From the NCBI GenBank assembly GCA_040954595.2, contig CM082589.2:1218009-1282008 (forward strand): a DNA stretch of 64,000 nt. The letters are read 5' to 3'. The translations under genes were made by a program, and so were the position numbers. The notes below the pieces were generated by a model. It did not search any database. It worked only from the letters and a program-made list of their open reading frames with translations, and had not been told where the DNA came from. Source of the DNA: Balanoglossus misakiensis (lineage: Eukaryota; Animalia; Hemichordata). This document shows positions 12,801 to 26,408 of this stretch, one piece after another; positions within the stretch are counted from its first letter, which is position 1, and each line of letters opens with the position of its first letter.

Positions 12801-15800
12801 CCTTCGTATCATTTTACTCAAATATGAGAGAACACATCTCAGGTCTTAGAGTAAACTTGCTGTCTATATAGACTAATGTCACCTTTCCGTTTGTTCATAC
12901 CCGATGTTGAAAAGCATTTCTGGTACGTTTAATCTTCACAGACAGAAATCACCAAGATAGATTGTATCTACATGACCTTACAGAGTGCTGAACGAATCAT
13001 GTCAGCATGCAACAACACGAAAATGTAACCTTGCAGCTTTGTTGAATCGATGGAACAAATATGCAAATCCATGGCCAGCGGACTTCGACTAATCCCTGAA
13101 TACGAATGTCGACAATTTACATTATCAAATTTACTTCTGTGGAAAAGGGTTTAGGTTGCAATTCGATTGAGTGTACGTTAGTATGCGCCTTGAAAGTCAC
13201 AGTTGTTTTCATATTTTGCTCAAGGCAAGTTTAGATTTTTAATTCTCAAGCTTTCTATCACCATGACAATCAGGCCTGAAACACTGCCAGGTCTCAACCT
13301 GCACCATCTAACCAGCGATCCTTCAGATAATCACTTTTGAGCAAATGCAATTCAATTGTATCATCACCATGTCTTTATAACAGAAACGTGCACTGTTGAT
13401 CATTTTTCTAGTTAAACAAGGATTGTATTCCGTGTTTCATATTCTATTCACGTATACAGCAAATGGGAAGTAATATTGTTACTACAACACTGAAGTATCT
13501 TTAGCAATCGGGGAAATTGTATCAGCACAGAGCCTTTACTATAACAGTCTACACTTCAATAAGCCTAGACACAGACAAAAGCAGTCGCTGTATTCAATAA
13601 AGTGTAAGAATACTGATTGAAATGTACATTTGTATGTGTGTGTTTGTTGAATACATTCATATCAGCTTCATTTCAACTAAACCTCCAAGGCAAGAGAGAA
13701 TACTCATGCCGCATCCATTATTTGTAACCTATCGAACATTACATCAGCCATGCACTTTGTTCTCTCTGGCTGTAAATTGAACAGACTGTGTGCTCAGTGT
13801 ACCATTAGGATGCTTATCTGAAAGCCTACATCTGAAACAATGACGTCAATTTACAAAGCAATCAAGATGTCTCAAGTCGGTGAGCGAGGATCTCTGCCAC
13901 CGTTGCCTAATTACGTCCATGGATAGAACCAGGTCAAAGGTCGTCGATGAAATTTGAAATGCCTCTATTAAAAATCCCATATCACGCTTCATTAATTACA
14001 ATACAACAATCTTCCTAAATTCATCGAAAATTCCTTCTCATGGAAAATGTTGATTTTATTCATTTGCTATTGGTTCTAATATCAATCATGTTTGGAAGGT
14101 ATTGTCACTGTTGGTTTATTCGCTGTAAATCTGTGTAGTAAGTGTTAATGGTCGCGATAGGCTACTTTACTGCGGAGAGATACATTAAAATTCAGTGCGG
14201 GATATATCTCTGTGATCGGTTTTGGGTCTGGGTCAATTTTCAGAATGATCTCGACATGAATTGTAAATTAAGTGGATTTGTGTTATTGCAATATTGCCAG
14301 GTCGGGTCATGACTGAGCACAGCTGCCGATTTGCGTTAAAAACTTCACATTTTAACCCAGAAATGTAATCTCATATATTCGCATTGACGCCAGCGAAGTT
14401 TAAAACCAGCCTTCTATATTCGATTCAAACCAATCTTTCTGAAAGTTACATTACTGTACACGGTTGACGGATGAACCTTGGCCCTTGAATACTCGGCAAA
14501 CCGATATGAACATGTTGACAACAGTAAGTGACAGACGTCATTCATGCTCTACACGGTATATAAGAAAAAAATGAAATCGTGACCAGCATGAGAAATCTAG
14601 CCAAGCAAATATATGTTATACTAGTATTAGTTACTCCCACGGGCGTAGTCCCGAGACTTATGGTTCCGCTCCCTCTGTGTGCGTGTGTGTTTTCAGAGCC
14701 TTTTATACTCAGAAATGCCCAGACCGATTTCACTCGACCTCGTTGCAAGGACAGAGTACATGTACTTCGGATGTACATATGCACGTCAGTTTCCTCAGAC
14801 ATTCCTCTCTTGTAACTTATAAAAATTCCAAATTCTTAGTGAAACATTGTACGAATACTATAGTATTCCGAATGTGGAGTGACCACCAAATACCAAAGAG
14901 CCAAAGTTATATAACATTTGCTTAAATTACATAAATGGTAATTGTGAAAATATCTTTATACGTTTGTATGTGATACATCTAGGTGGATTCTATAGCTACT
15001 GGTAGAATTAACATTGCAACGCACAAATAAATACCACATATGGTCTACAATCACTAAATGCATTGTGACGTATAGAAACGAGTCCTTTGTTGCCATAATC
15101 GAGCCTACACATCTAGAATACAATGTCACAGGGGTCAGAAACAAAATGGAACTGCACAAAAGACGGCGACACGTTGCACATTTACCAATCAAATTATTAT
15201 TTTTTTCTCCTCCAAGTCACGCTACACAATACATGCTCTCAGGAGATGAATAAATTAATACATATTTCGACTTCAAGAATAAAGTATGGATTTTGACTAA
15301 TTGTTCGTCTATGAATGTTATCAGTCATGTGGTGACTCAAGGACGAGAGGTATACTTAGTTTGTAATAACGAACAATATCATGAAACTATTGTTTTTAGT
15401 TTTATGTGGCCAAATTTTAGGGGTGCATTACAGTTTTGGGGTGTGCATTATAGGAAAACAGCTCTGAACTACCGCATATAGGGGGCAAGACAAGTTTATT
15501 TTCCTCTGAACGACAATTTCTTAGGTATCCCTGTCGTATTTACACCAACTGCAACAAGGTGCGCGATTGTTAAAAGCTTCTGCGCATGAGCCCATGGTAT
15601 GGCTTTCGTTGTAACAACTGAGGTTAGTGACTCATCTATATATGTATCGCATCACAGCCTCGTTGTTTGTTTGTTGTGCCAGTAAAACGCATGAGAACAC
15701 ATACACAAAAGAAAACGACTGTAAATTGATTCCGACGATTATGTAGTTTGATTTATTTAAATGCCATAACGCCTACTGGACATAATGAAAGGCGAGCATT

Positions 15801-18800
15801 GTCAGTGTATACGGACATATTTTGGGGTACAGCATGTGCCTTCAGATAAGCAGCACAGTGTGACTAAATATTATTGTCGATAGGCAATGCTGTGTGAAAC
15901 AGGAATTTTCTTCAACAACTGAATAATGTGGAGACCGTCTAAAACAGGAATCCTACTTGATTAAAGTCAAACGTGCGCATTTCTCCTGCAACGGATATAT
16001 ATGCATACAGCTGCAAACGGCCTGTGTCAAACATCAAATCCTTTGTAGAATGTTATGATGGTTTCATGGGATTGTTAAATAGGTGTGGGTGGTCGTGGAG
16101 CACAGCCGTTGAAGTTTTCATATCGTTTCTTTCGTAGAATGGAAAAGCTACATATAAATATCTATTTTATCCCACCAATTATAATCTACGAATCAAAGCA
16201 GGGAGAAAGACATTATGGTGGCATTTAAATGCTGTATGGTTGGCATTTGCAGTGGTTCGACATGAAAGGTGTCCACAACATTAATGGCCATGTATATATT
16301 CGTCTCTGGTGCCTGAGGTGATGTTTTAACGATTCAAAGGTGGCATACAATGTAATCAAGCAAGCGATTTATCGACATTGCGAACACCTCAACCTCACAG
16401 GAATGGGAAATGATACGATAGTTGAATCTTGAGATTTTGGCGAGAGACCGGTGTGACGATTTTGATGTTGCATTGAGCACTGCGCATGTCATAATCCACC
16501 TGACCTTTTCGCTCATATGCTGTGGAGCATATTTAAGGAACGCGAGATTTGAAACATTAAAACAGGTCACTTTCCTCTCAATATAACGGAAGCGTGAGGC
16601 AGGCAGCCGGTAGATTCGTTAACAATCCAAATTATGTTCTGAATCAAATTAACGTCTACGTCGCCACATCTAACCGATTTCGATTTTTTGGATGGTTTAT
16701 TTGATCATGAGAAATACACTATATCAATTTTCTAAGGCCAAATAAAGCAAGTATTGATCTGATAGATACCGCATTACCTTATATTCATAGTGTAATCGCC
16801 AAAATGCGTTTTGTATACTGTTCATATTTCTTGGCAATGGAAATTGAAAGCTAAATATATTTATAGAGCTCAGCTCGTGTTTCACCTCACGATATGCAAG
16901 CTTGTATGCAAATATAAAGTGCATTTGGGTCATGCTAATAATAGGTATATATGCATTTGTACATTCTGAGGGGTTCTCATAATGCAGCGTACAACAAAAA
17001 TGTAGTAAAATGTTCAAAGTTAAGTACCGTTCATTTAAGTAAGACTTACGGTGCACTAACCACGTGATATACAACAACGTGCCCTTCCAGGTACCAATAA
17101 TGTCAGAAACATTATCAGTTATCTAAACTCTATTGCACGTTGTATTGTGGATGTCTTTCACATCCCCTAGGAAACATCACTCTCGATAAAAAGGAAAGGC
17201 CCAGATTAACAGGAGTATTCCGTCGCTGACAACAAAATGACAAAGAACATTCGTCACAGCTTGTGGTCTCGCCAGCAAGCACAGAATACTAACATCTCTA
17301 TCTGAGTCTATCTCTGTGGTAACGCAAACGACGCTGAATAAAGCTTTTCAGATAGGAATCAAGTCTAACATTTGTGGTGCATGTATCATCGTTTCATGGT
17401 TATTTTTGATCAATCTACTAGTATTTTAGACATTCCATTGTTCATAATATACCAATAAATTTATTCCATGGTACACAACAACGCGATGCACACATTAAAT
17501 GTGTTCGACTCGAGCCCTGGCGTTTTATTCATGGGGTCACGCATTTACCACGCAGAGTGCAAACACTGAGAAAGGAAAATTCTGATTAGCTGTGTGTTGT
17601 TTTAGCTTTTCAATCTCATCCCAATGTACGCCAATACCGCACAAGCTTCGACAGAGACGTTTCCATGGCGACAACTTCTTCTATCATACATTGACCTTCT
17701 GCATACAATCGCTAGTACACCTATAGACCTGTCACTGGTATAGCTGCGAGCAAAACGCTATCATAGTGCCCTTCCTAAACTTGCACCGAGTGCTAGAAAT
17801 ACACTGTATCATCAAAAATGGCGTCATCGGGTTTATGTACGTCCAACAGCGAGCAGACGACCATCTCTTGGGAAGGGACGATTATACAACAAGTACACGA
17901 ACTCAATTAAACTAATTGGAAATGTAAAGGGATTTGTGCCAATGTTACATGTTGAGTAGACATTTCCTACTGATGTTTTTGTTTTAACCGGGATATTTAT
18001 CTTTCTAATATTTAGCAGTGATCACAGTCTTCATGACAACGGAGTGGAAACGGGCATGAATTATTATTACTATTTGAAGTGCGTGGACATGAGAGCATCC
18101 TGGAGCAATTTTATGCACCGTTAATGCCGTCAAGAGATACCTCACGTTTTGCTTGTCTGCTTTCGCGACGCCAGGGATTTCCTCCCAGATATGAAGTGAT
18201 CTATGTACACGGTACTTGAGGGCATGTGTGGTATTCTGGGTGCTTAGAAGTCAAGATGACGCCTTTTCAGTCGAGCAGGGAAATTCATGAACCGATGGCC
18301 GGCATCAGAGAATGTCATTATTTAGCTCAAATATCAGGTTCTCACTCGTACTATCACATCCGCCATTGGCAATGGCCGGATATGTGACTGTGGTTATGCA
18401 AATTAGCTGTTCATAAATGCATTCACTCTAGTGTATACATGGTCTCGAGAATAAACCATTTAGGTTTCGCATTTTGATATAGTCTTCCCTCCAACAATTA
18501 TACTCGACAGAAAATATCAACATTCCTTGCACTCGTAATATACGTGCTTGTTCGTAAAAGATGACTTCGACACGAAGGGCCATAAATTGAATGACTAGCC
18601 TACCTAAAACAGACATAATCAACAAACTATAAAACGATACACGTCCAAATTTCAATTCACACATAAAATCACAATAAAGCGCGTTTTATGAATAACGAAC
18701 AGTATTCACAATTCATTACTATATAGGTCCGTTCAATAAAACCGATTGTTTCATTCAGTAAACGTACTTTAACTCTACTCTACGGTTTTAGTAAAACACT

Positions 18801-20243
18801 GAAAAAGCACAACAATCATGCAGATTCGACCTCATATGAAAGGTGGGATGCTGCATGCATGCGCATCTAGCAATCTGCTGTATTATTGACTAGGCATTTG
18901 CGTCATTAATTTGTTGCGGATTTGTGCGGAGTGTGATATTTAAGGGATTTCATCCGTCTTCTCTTATTCATAACGATGGTTTTATTTATTCTCTCTCCCA
19001 TATGCTGTGGTATGGATCCGTGTCGATTGTGTTTGAATATTAACGTTCTGATTTACTAGTTGATTCTCAATGCAAGTTCATGGAATGTAATGTCGGGTAT
19101 CTCGGAAGGCATTTGAGTCCATACTATATGCAGCCGCATGTTTGTTTATAGAATTCGCTGTTGAATTTATTTGGCATGAATAAGGAAAACAGCATTAACC
19201 ACTTTGTTTGTTATCTCAATTTTCCCCTCGGAAACCTACACGCTCACTGACAGCAAATGAATCCAGTGGCAATCTTCGCTTAAAAACCATCTTCATCCGG
19301 ATTATCAAACACAAATTTTCCTGGAATTCTTTCTGTACCTTTTGCCCTAAATTCCCGACCATATGATGACAGTTTTACATGAATGAGTAAAATCATTTTA
19401 ATATCATATATAGATAATAATGATGGAACGAGTTATGGGTTGGCGATCTATCATGTGATTGAATATTAATAAGATGCACGACCTGGTTGAGAGATACCGC
19501 AATTTATTATCAAGCTAAGGATTACTAACACATTGATTGTAAGTACCATATCTTTCTGACGAAAAAGACAATCGGGTGGACGAATGACCAGGATTGATCG
19601 ATCCATCCATGACAACCAGAACAGCCTCCAACACACCAACCCACCCACCCACCTATCCATTAATTCATTCATTCACTTGTATATATCGACACATCCAAAT
19701 CAACCAATGACATACTGGTTAAACATCAATCGTTTGTACACAATTTTCTCTCTCTTGTGCAATGCGACCCTCAACTTTGATGTGATAGAAGTATAGAAAC
19801 ATTCACTGTCAGAACTTTAGTCCTACATAAAACACGTCTAAAAGCGAAGCGCTCCAAAGGTTGACGTAAAGAGTCACCCCGCCTCAGCACGACACATCGC
19901 AGTTGCCAGTAATACGCTTGTTTTAAACTTTGACTGGTACAAGGCCGGGCTATGTTTAGCTGGAATATTCATATGAAATATTCAAAAAATTTGTACGTGT
20001 TTTAAACATTAGGCCTATTTGTTTTGGGGATATCCACTTGCAACGACATAATATGACATGGGTTTCTGCGCTGCGAGTCATAGATACGGGTAGGCAGAGC
20101 GTATTGCAGGGATGTCGGTTTCCTAATTCAGATATTGCGATGAATTGACAACAACACTCACCTATGTACACCTTGCTGGGCGGCTGTGCCAGACAGCACA
20201 CACACATCACTGCTGCCACGACCGAATATTGTAAAACCTCCAT
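3876..20243 (-). CDS. Ionotropic glutamate receptor family subunit, non-NMDA, probably Epsilon subfamily (GluE-like) with a glycine-type ligand pocket
   Basis: Minus-strand exons 20243-20162 (signal peptide), 11919-11755, 11323-11057, 10929-10664, 10527-10387, 9883-9707, 9457-9353, 9056-8913, 8547-8347, 8068-7715, 6818-6686, 6323-5904, 4452-4304, 4130-3876. Motifs: ATD VVAIIGP; S1 [38 protein letters not shown]; M2 [11 protein letters not shown]; M3 [10 protein letters not shown]; S2 [19 protein letters not shown]; M4 NMAGVFYAL. The iGluR call is firm; the subfamily call is inference. Confidence 0.93.
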
Positions 20244-20918
20244 AACCGAAGAACAGAATATATATCCAATATCAAAAAAGCTGCGTGTTGTTTTCAGACC
20301 GCCAGCGTCGGCAATGCCAATGACTCTAACAGCATGCTAGCTGGTCATGGCATAATTCTGGCAGACTCGTATTTGAATAAATAATGCGGGTTTTACGGCT
20401 GACAGCACGTTGTCGAGATGCCCCCCTAACGGCATCAATTTTCAAACAGCTTTTGAAAACGCCGACTTCACGAGTGGTTGCACCGACCTCGACAGAAAAG
20501 ATGCCGATGAATGATATAATCGACATGCGCCGGTCGAGGTCGTTATATCCGCGTTGAAAACTGTTTGTGGGGCGAGTTGACGACTGAGAAACCAGGAGAA
20601 ACGCCCTGGGAAAAGCAGCCGCTAATCTTATGCGTATTTTGTGGGTTATATTATGGTATACAAGCCGCCTCAATCAGAGAAATGACACACTTTTGCGGTC
20701 ACATCACAAAGTGACACTTTCTAAATAAGCTTACTCCTCTTATTTTTTAACCAGTTTTCAGCCACTAATTCAAGCGAAATAATCGCAAAAATATGCTCAA
20801 CTATTTTATATCGCTACTACCCAAATCTGGGGTGATAATGCACTCGATATTGCGTTATATCTTTGGTAGGAATCGCTTGTACCCGCAAGGTGGTTGTTTT
20901 TATAGTAGCTGGCAGTTG

Positions 20919-20937
20919 ATTTTTTTTTTTTTTTTTT
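20919..20937. repeat. Poly-T tract next to a GC box in the putative receptor promoter
   Basis: About 19 T followed by the CpG-rich GCGCGAAAGGCGGGGCC. Confidence 0.7.
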
Positions 20938-21391
20938 GCGCTTGACGCCGTACCCAGGTGCGCGAAAGGCGGGGCCAAAGGTTACAGTTTATACCGGTAT
21001 TTAAAATTCACTACAACTAACCGTTTGTATAAATTTCTGCAAGTTCGCTTTACACTTAGCGATACCGTAGGGCTGAGGTGGTCATTTAAGTCAACGAAAT
21101 GTGTGTAAACATGTCTTGACGCTCACAATGGTCTTTAAATCACCACTAGGCCAACAATGATATCAAAAGATTTTAAGTGAATTTTTTCAATACTGCAAGA
21201 GTTAGCTGAGCCTACCCCGAAACTACAGAAGCAGCGATAGAAATTCTACATTCAGCATAATAGACTCGCCTTTGAATCATGTCGTAGATGTACTTTCTTT
21301 TTACTATACCACTATACAGCGGAAACACTGCCTAAAATACATAGGCTCCTTCGACCGCTGGCGGCAGGTTTACCGCTGAACTTCAAACTCG

Positions 21392-21408
21392 AACTCTAGG
21401 GGGCGCTG
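21392..21408 (+). promoter_or_regulatory. CTCF-like motif
   Basis: AACTCTAGGGGGCGCTG between the receptor promoter region and the RPS7 3' end. Confidence 0.5.
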
Positions 21409-21541
21409 GACGTAAAAATTATGGGATGGTTTGGTGTGACTTTCCAGAAAAGAATAAAGACACACAATACAGTTTTTACTTGCAATACAGTGTTTTTTTT
21501 ACTCTTCTCAACTCTGTTTTGCCATTGTTCATCAACTGAAA

Positions 21542-23096
<1,555 letters not shown>

Positions 23097-23609
23097 ATTG
23101 GCCTTCTGATGGTTTACACCAGCTGTAGACAGAAACACAGTCACAATCAGAACGTTTTTAAGGTACCCCAAATCGAAATCTTGTGTTAATCATGATGTTG
23201 TACCCATGTCACCAGTACCCAAGTACATGTAGTCATATGTTATTGACTTCACTCAGCCCTGTTTCAGAAGATTTAGGATTCATTTTAAGTTTGGCATTTG
23301 ATCCCTGGGGTAGGGGATAGTTTGCAAATGGCTACTGCATAATGTAGAACACTGCCGTGTTTTCAAATAATACGCAGGAGAAACAAAAGTTCCAACAACA
23401 TTATATTCCATCGGCACAGTGGTGATCATGAAAATAACCTTCAATCATTTACGTATAACTTGTTAACTAGGAGCCATCAGTCTGAATATCTCTGCCAATC
23501 TAACGGAGCAGTATTCAAAGAAAAGTTATGTGTACTCCACGTAAAATTCTGACTTTATTTTACTTCTTTAAATCGACAAAAATGTTCGATACTGGTGTCG
23601 CAGACATAC

Positions 23610-23640
23610 CTACTCAAACGCGGCCATTTAGGGAAAGAAC
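23610..23640 (-). promoter_or_regulatory. RPS7 TCT initiator / 5'TOP start and non-coding first exon
   Basis: Minus strand GTTCTTTCCCTAAATGGCCGCGTTTGAGTAG|GTATG. TTCTTTCC fits the YYC(+1)TTTYY TCT motif of ribosomal protein genes. It is followed by a YY1-like AAATGGCCGC and a canonical donor. Confidence 0.72.
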
Positions 23641-23891
23641 GACTAGTGACACCCCTAGCTTAATGACAATTCGCGCATTCAGTTCATCGTAGCATTTTCA
23701 GTTTCGTTTGCACTGTTTCCCGTATATTATATTTCACGTTGCGAGAAACAAATATTTCTTTCGAAATTACATTTCCAAAATTGTGGACAGAATATTGACA
23801 GCATGGTTTATTTCAATTATTGTATATCACAATTTATATATTGTAAGCGGCTTAGGGTCACTGCTGAATGAAGCATTGTGGGATACCAAAG

Positions 23892-23924
23892 ATGGCAGCC
23901 CCCTTTGCTGAACCCGGAATTTAA
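23892..23924 (+). other. Upstream ORF (MAAPFAEPGI*) ahead of RNASEH1
   Basis: AAGATGGCAGCC...ATTTAA in strong Kozak context, ending 59 nt before the first RNASEH1 AUG. Whether it lies inside the transcript is inferred. Confidence 0.5.
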
Positions 23925-23983
23925 ATCGCAGTCTGTCGTAACAAAACAAGTGACAGTGCTTTAGAATTTGTCTAAATTATTTA

Positions 23984-25598
23984 ATGCTACAGAGTTTGAG
24001 TAGACGTTTGTTTCTGTGCACGATGGGAAAGTGGTTTTACGCTGTTCGTGTGGGTAGGAAGCCAGGTATTTATCCAAATTGGTAAGTGTGTACTGCTGCT
24101 GGGGAGGTGTGTCATGTGTGTGGTGATATAAACACATGTCACGTGCTGATTCAGCATGACCAGATCGAGTGGTAGCTAAATTAGTCTTGGTTATATCTGG
24201 AATCTGATCAGTCTCATACACATTACCAACATGTCACTCTATATACAGGGATGAGTGCAAGAAACAAGTTGACAACTTCTCTGGAGCAAAATTCAGGAAA
24301 TTCCCATCCAAAGCAGAGGCACTTGAATTCATTGGAACAATCACGAATACAACACCAAGTATTCAACAGACACATGGAACTGAAAACAAGACAATGACAA
24401 CCAAGCAATCATCAAAGCCTTCTGCATCATTTGCATCCAGAAGTCATCGTACGCAGTCAACAGAATTGGTTTGTCTTTATTGCCAATCTTCTTCACATAC
24501 TCACAGTCGTTGCCAAGCGAAACGAAGTTATACTGCCAAAAGGTCAATGTCAACAGACTATGCACAAAGCAATAAACGACCCAAAATTGACCTAAATACT
24601 GGTAAGAAATTCTACCACTCGACATAGATTCTTCCACCCTTCCCTTCTGATATGTGTGTGATCCTGAGAAAGTAGTGAAATGATGGTTATGATATACTCA
24701 TATGATATCTACATTTGTCTGTATAAACAAGCATAAATTTGCATTCTTTGAAATTCATAATTTCTTGTTTCGTCTTTGTATTTTCAGCTGATAGAGTGGC
24801 AGTGTATACTGATGGTGCGTGTACTGCCAATGGTAGGAAAGGTGCTAAGGCTGGTCTTGGTGTTTACTGGGGTCCTCAACACCCGAAGAATGTCAGCGAA
24901 AGATTGCAAGGCAGGCAGACAAACCAAACAGCAGAGATTATGGTAAGTCAGTCTTCACAGAATAACTTCCTGCACTGGTGAAGTGCGCCCCCTGTGTCAA
25001 AAGTTCCCTCTGCCACATACAGATTCTGTTTTGACAATAATGGTGTCTATTTTGAATCTTACAGGCAGCAGTAAGAGCATTAGAGACCGCCAAAGAGATG
25101 AATATTCATAAGTTATCAATTTACACAGACAGTATGTTTACAATCAACTGTAAGTATGATCACAGTTTTGTAAGCAACAATAACTTTTCTGGGCTGTAAG
25201 GGGAATGTCAGTTTGTTCTCTGGAAAGTGTAAACATTGACTGTCTTTCACATGGTTTAGGCATTACACAGTGGATCCATAACTGGAAACGGAACGGTTGG
25301 AAGACGAAGACCGGACCAGTGATTCACAAAGATGAACTCATACAGTTGGATAAATTATGTCAAGAAGTAAATGTGTCATGGGTAAGTTAAAACTTGTTAG
25401 CGAGCCTACCATTCTCAGTGATAAAGTATTGTGAGCTTGCCCTGCATCAGATTACCGTACCACAATAACTATGTGATTATACCCTAACCAGTTCTGTTGT
25501 TTATCTCACAGGTACATGTGCCGGGTCATAGGAATATCCATGGTAACGAAGAAGCTGATAAACTTGCCCGAGCTGGTGCACTAAAAGCCCTGAACTAA
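23984..25598 (+). CDS. RNASEH1: Ribonuclease H1
   Basis: Exons 23984-24081, 24249-24601, 24788-24942, 25065-25149, 25260-25381, 25512-25598. Hybrid-binding domain [34 protein letters not shown]. Catalytic motifs [42 protein letters not shown]. Confidence 0.96.
24983..24999 (-). promoter_or_regulatory. CTCF-like motif
   Basis: Minus strand TGACACAGGGGGCGCAC in RNASEH1 intron 3. Confidence 0.4.
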
Positions 25599-26408
25599 AA
25601 CAGACATCCCGTTCTGCTGGTGTGTTACAAGCACTCGGATTGGGATGCAGAATATTGTTTTCTTTTGATGTTACATATTATGTTGTGTTTTGTTCGCTTG
25701 GAAAATGTTTAATTGTAAGATTACTCCTTGTGTAGGTACAACACATAAATACATATACTCCTGTACTGCTGGAGTTTACACTGCCATGTAGAAAAATATA
25801 TTTATTTAAATTTACGTTTTTCTTTACAAAATTTATGCGTTGATTATTTTTTGTATAATAAAGAATTCACAAAATTGTAACTGCTGTGTCTTTGAGTTAA
25901 TTGGCATAGGCATCAGCATCAGCATCGTGCTTGTATCCCAGATATCGCATTCGTATTTTTAGAATGCTGATTCTACGTAGGCAAACATTACCTGTAAATG
26001 TGCAAGACAATGAAATTTCTTTAGCAATGTTTACCATTTTACGTTAGATTTTTTCTCAAGTGTGTGAAACGTTAATTTTTCTGCGAAGGTCGCCCTCACA
26101 GTTTGAGATGCTTTGCTGACGTGCAAAGGGGCTTGAAATGCATGGCTATTGTCAGTTTCATCGAAGCTGATTCCAAATCCGAACCCGAAAATAATGCTAA
26201 AGCTCACCTCAGTGGTCTCTGGAAAGTACCTTAGTAATAGTGGGTCGATATGTGAGATTACGCAGCTGATGAATTATATTTCCCCCTCGGTATCGTCAGT
26301 GTTCTCAAGTTATTTATGATGACTCTGAATACGGTCAGGTTTTAGAGCTGTAAAGATAGATACCAAAGACTTTCAACTAATTTTCTGAGAGATTCCCCAA
26401 TCGTGATA

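Noticed and set aside
13265-13330. B-box-like GGTTGAGACC on the minus strand (tRNA or SINE head)
   Set aside because: No cloverleaf or clear A box; at most a decayed SINE.
20326-20673. 115-aa minus-strand ORF upstream of the receptor start
   Set aside because: Non-ATG start and no recognisable domain; probably CpG-rich 5' UTR or promoter sequence.
23984-25598. RNase H as part of a retroelement
   Set aside because: It has spliceosomal introns and a hybrid-binding domain, with no RT or integrase nearby; it is the cellular RNASEH1.
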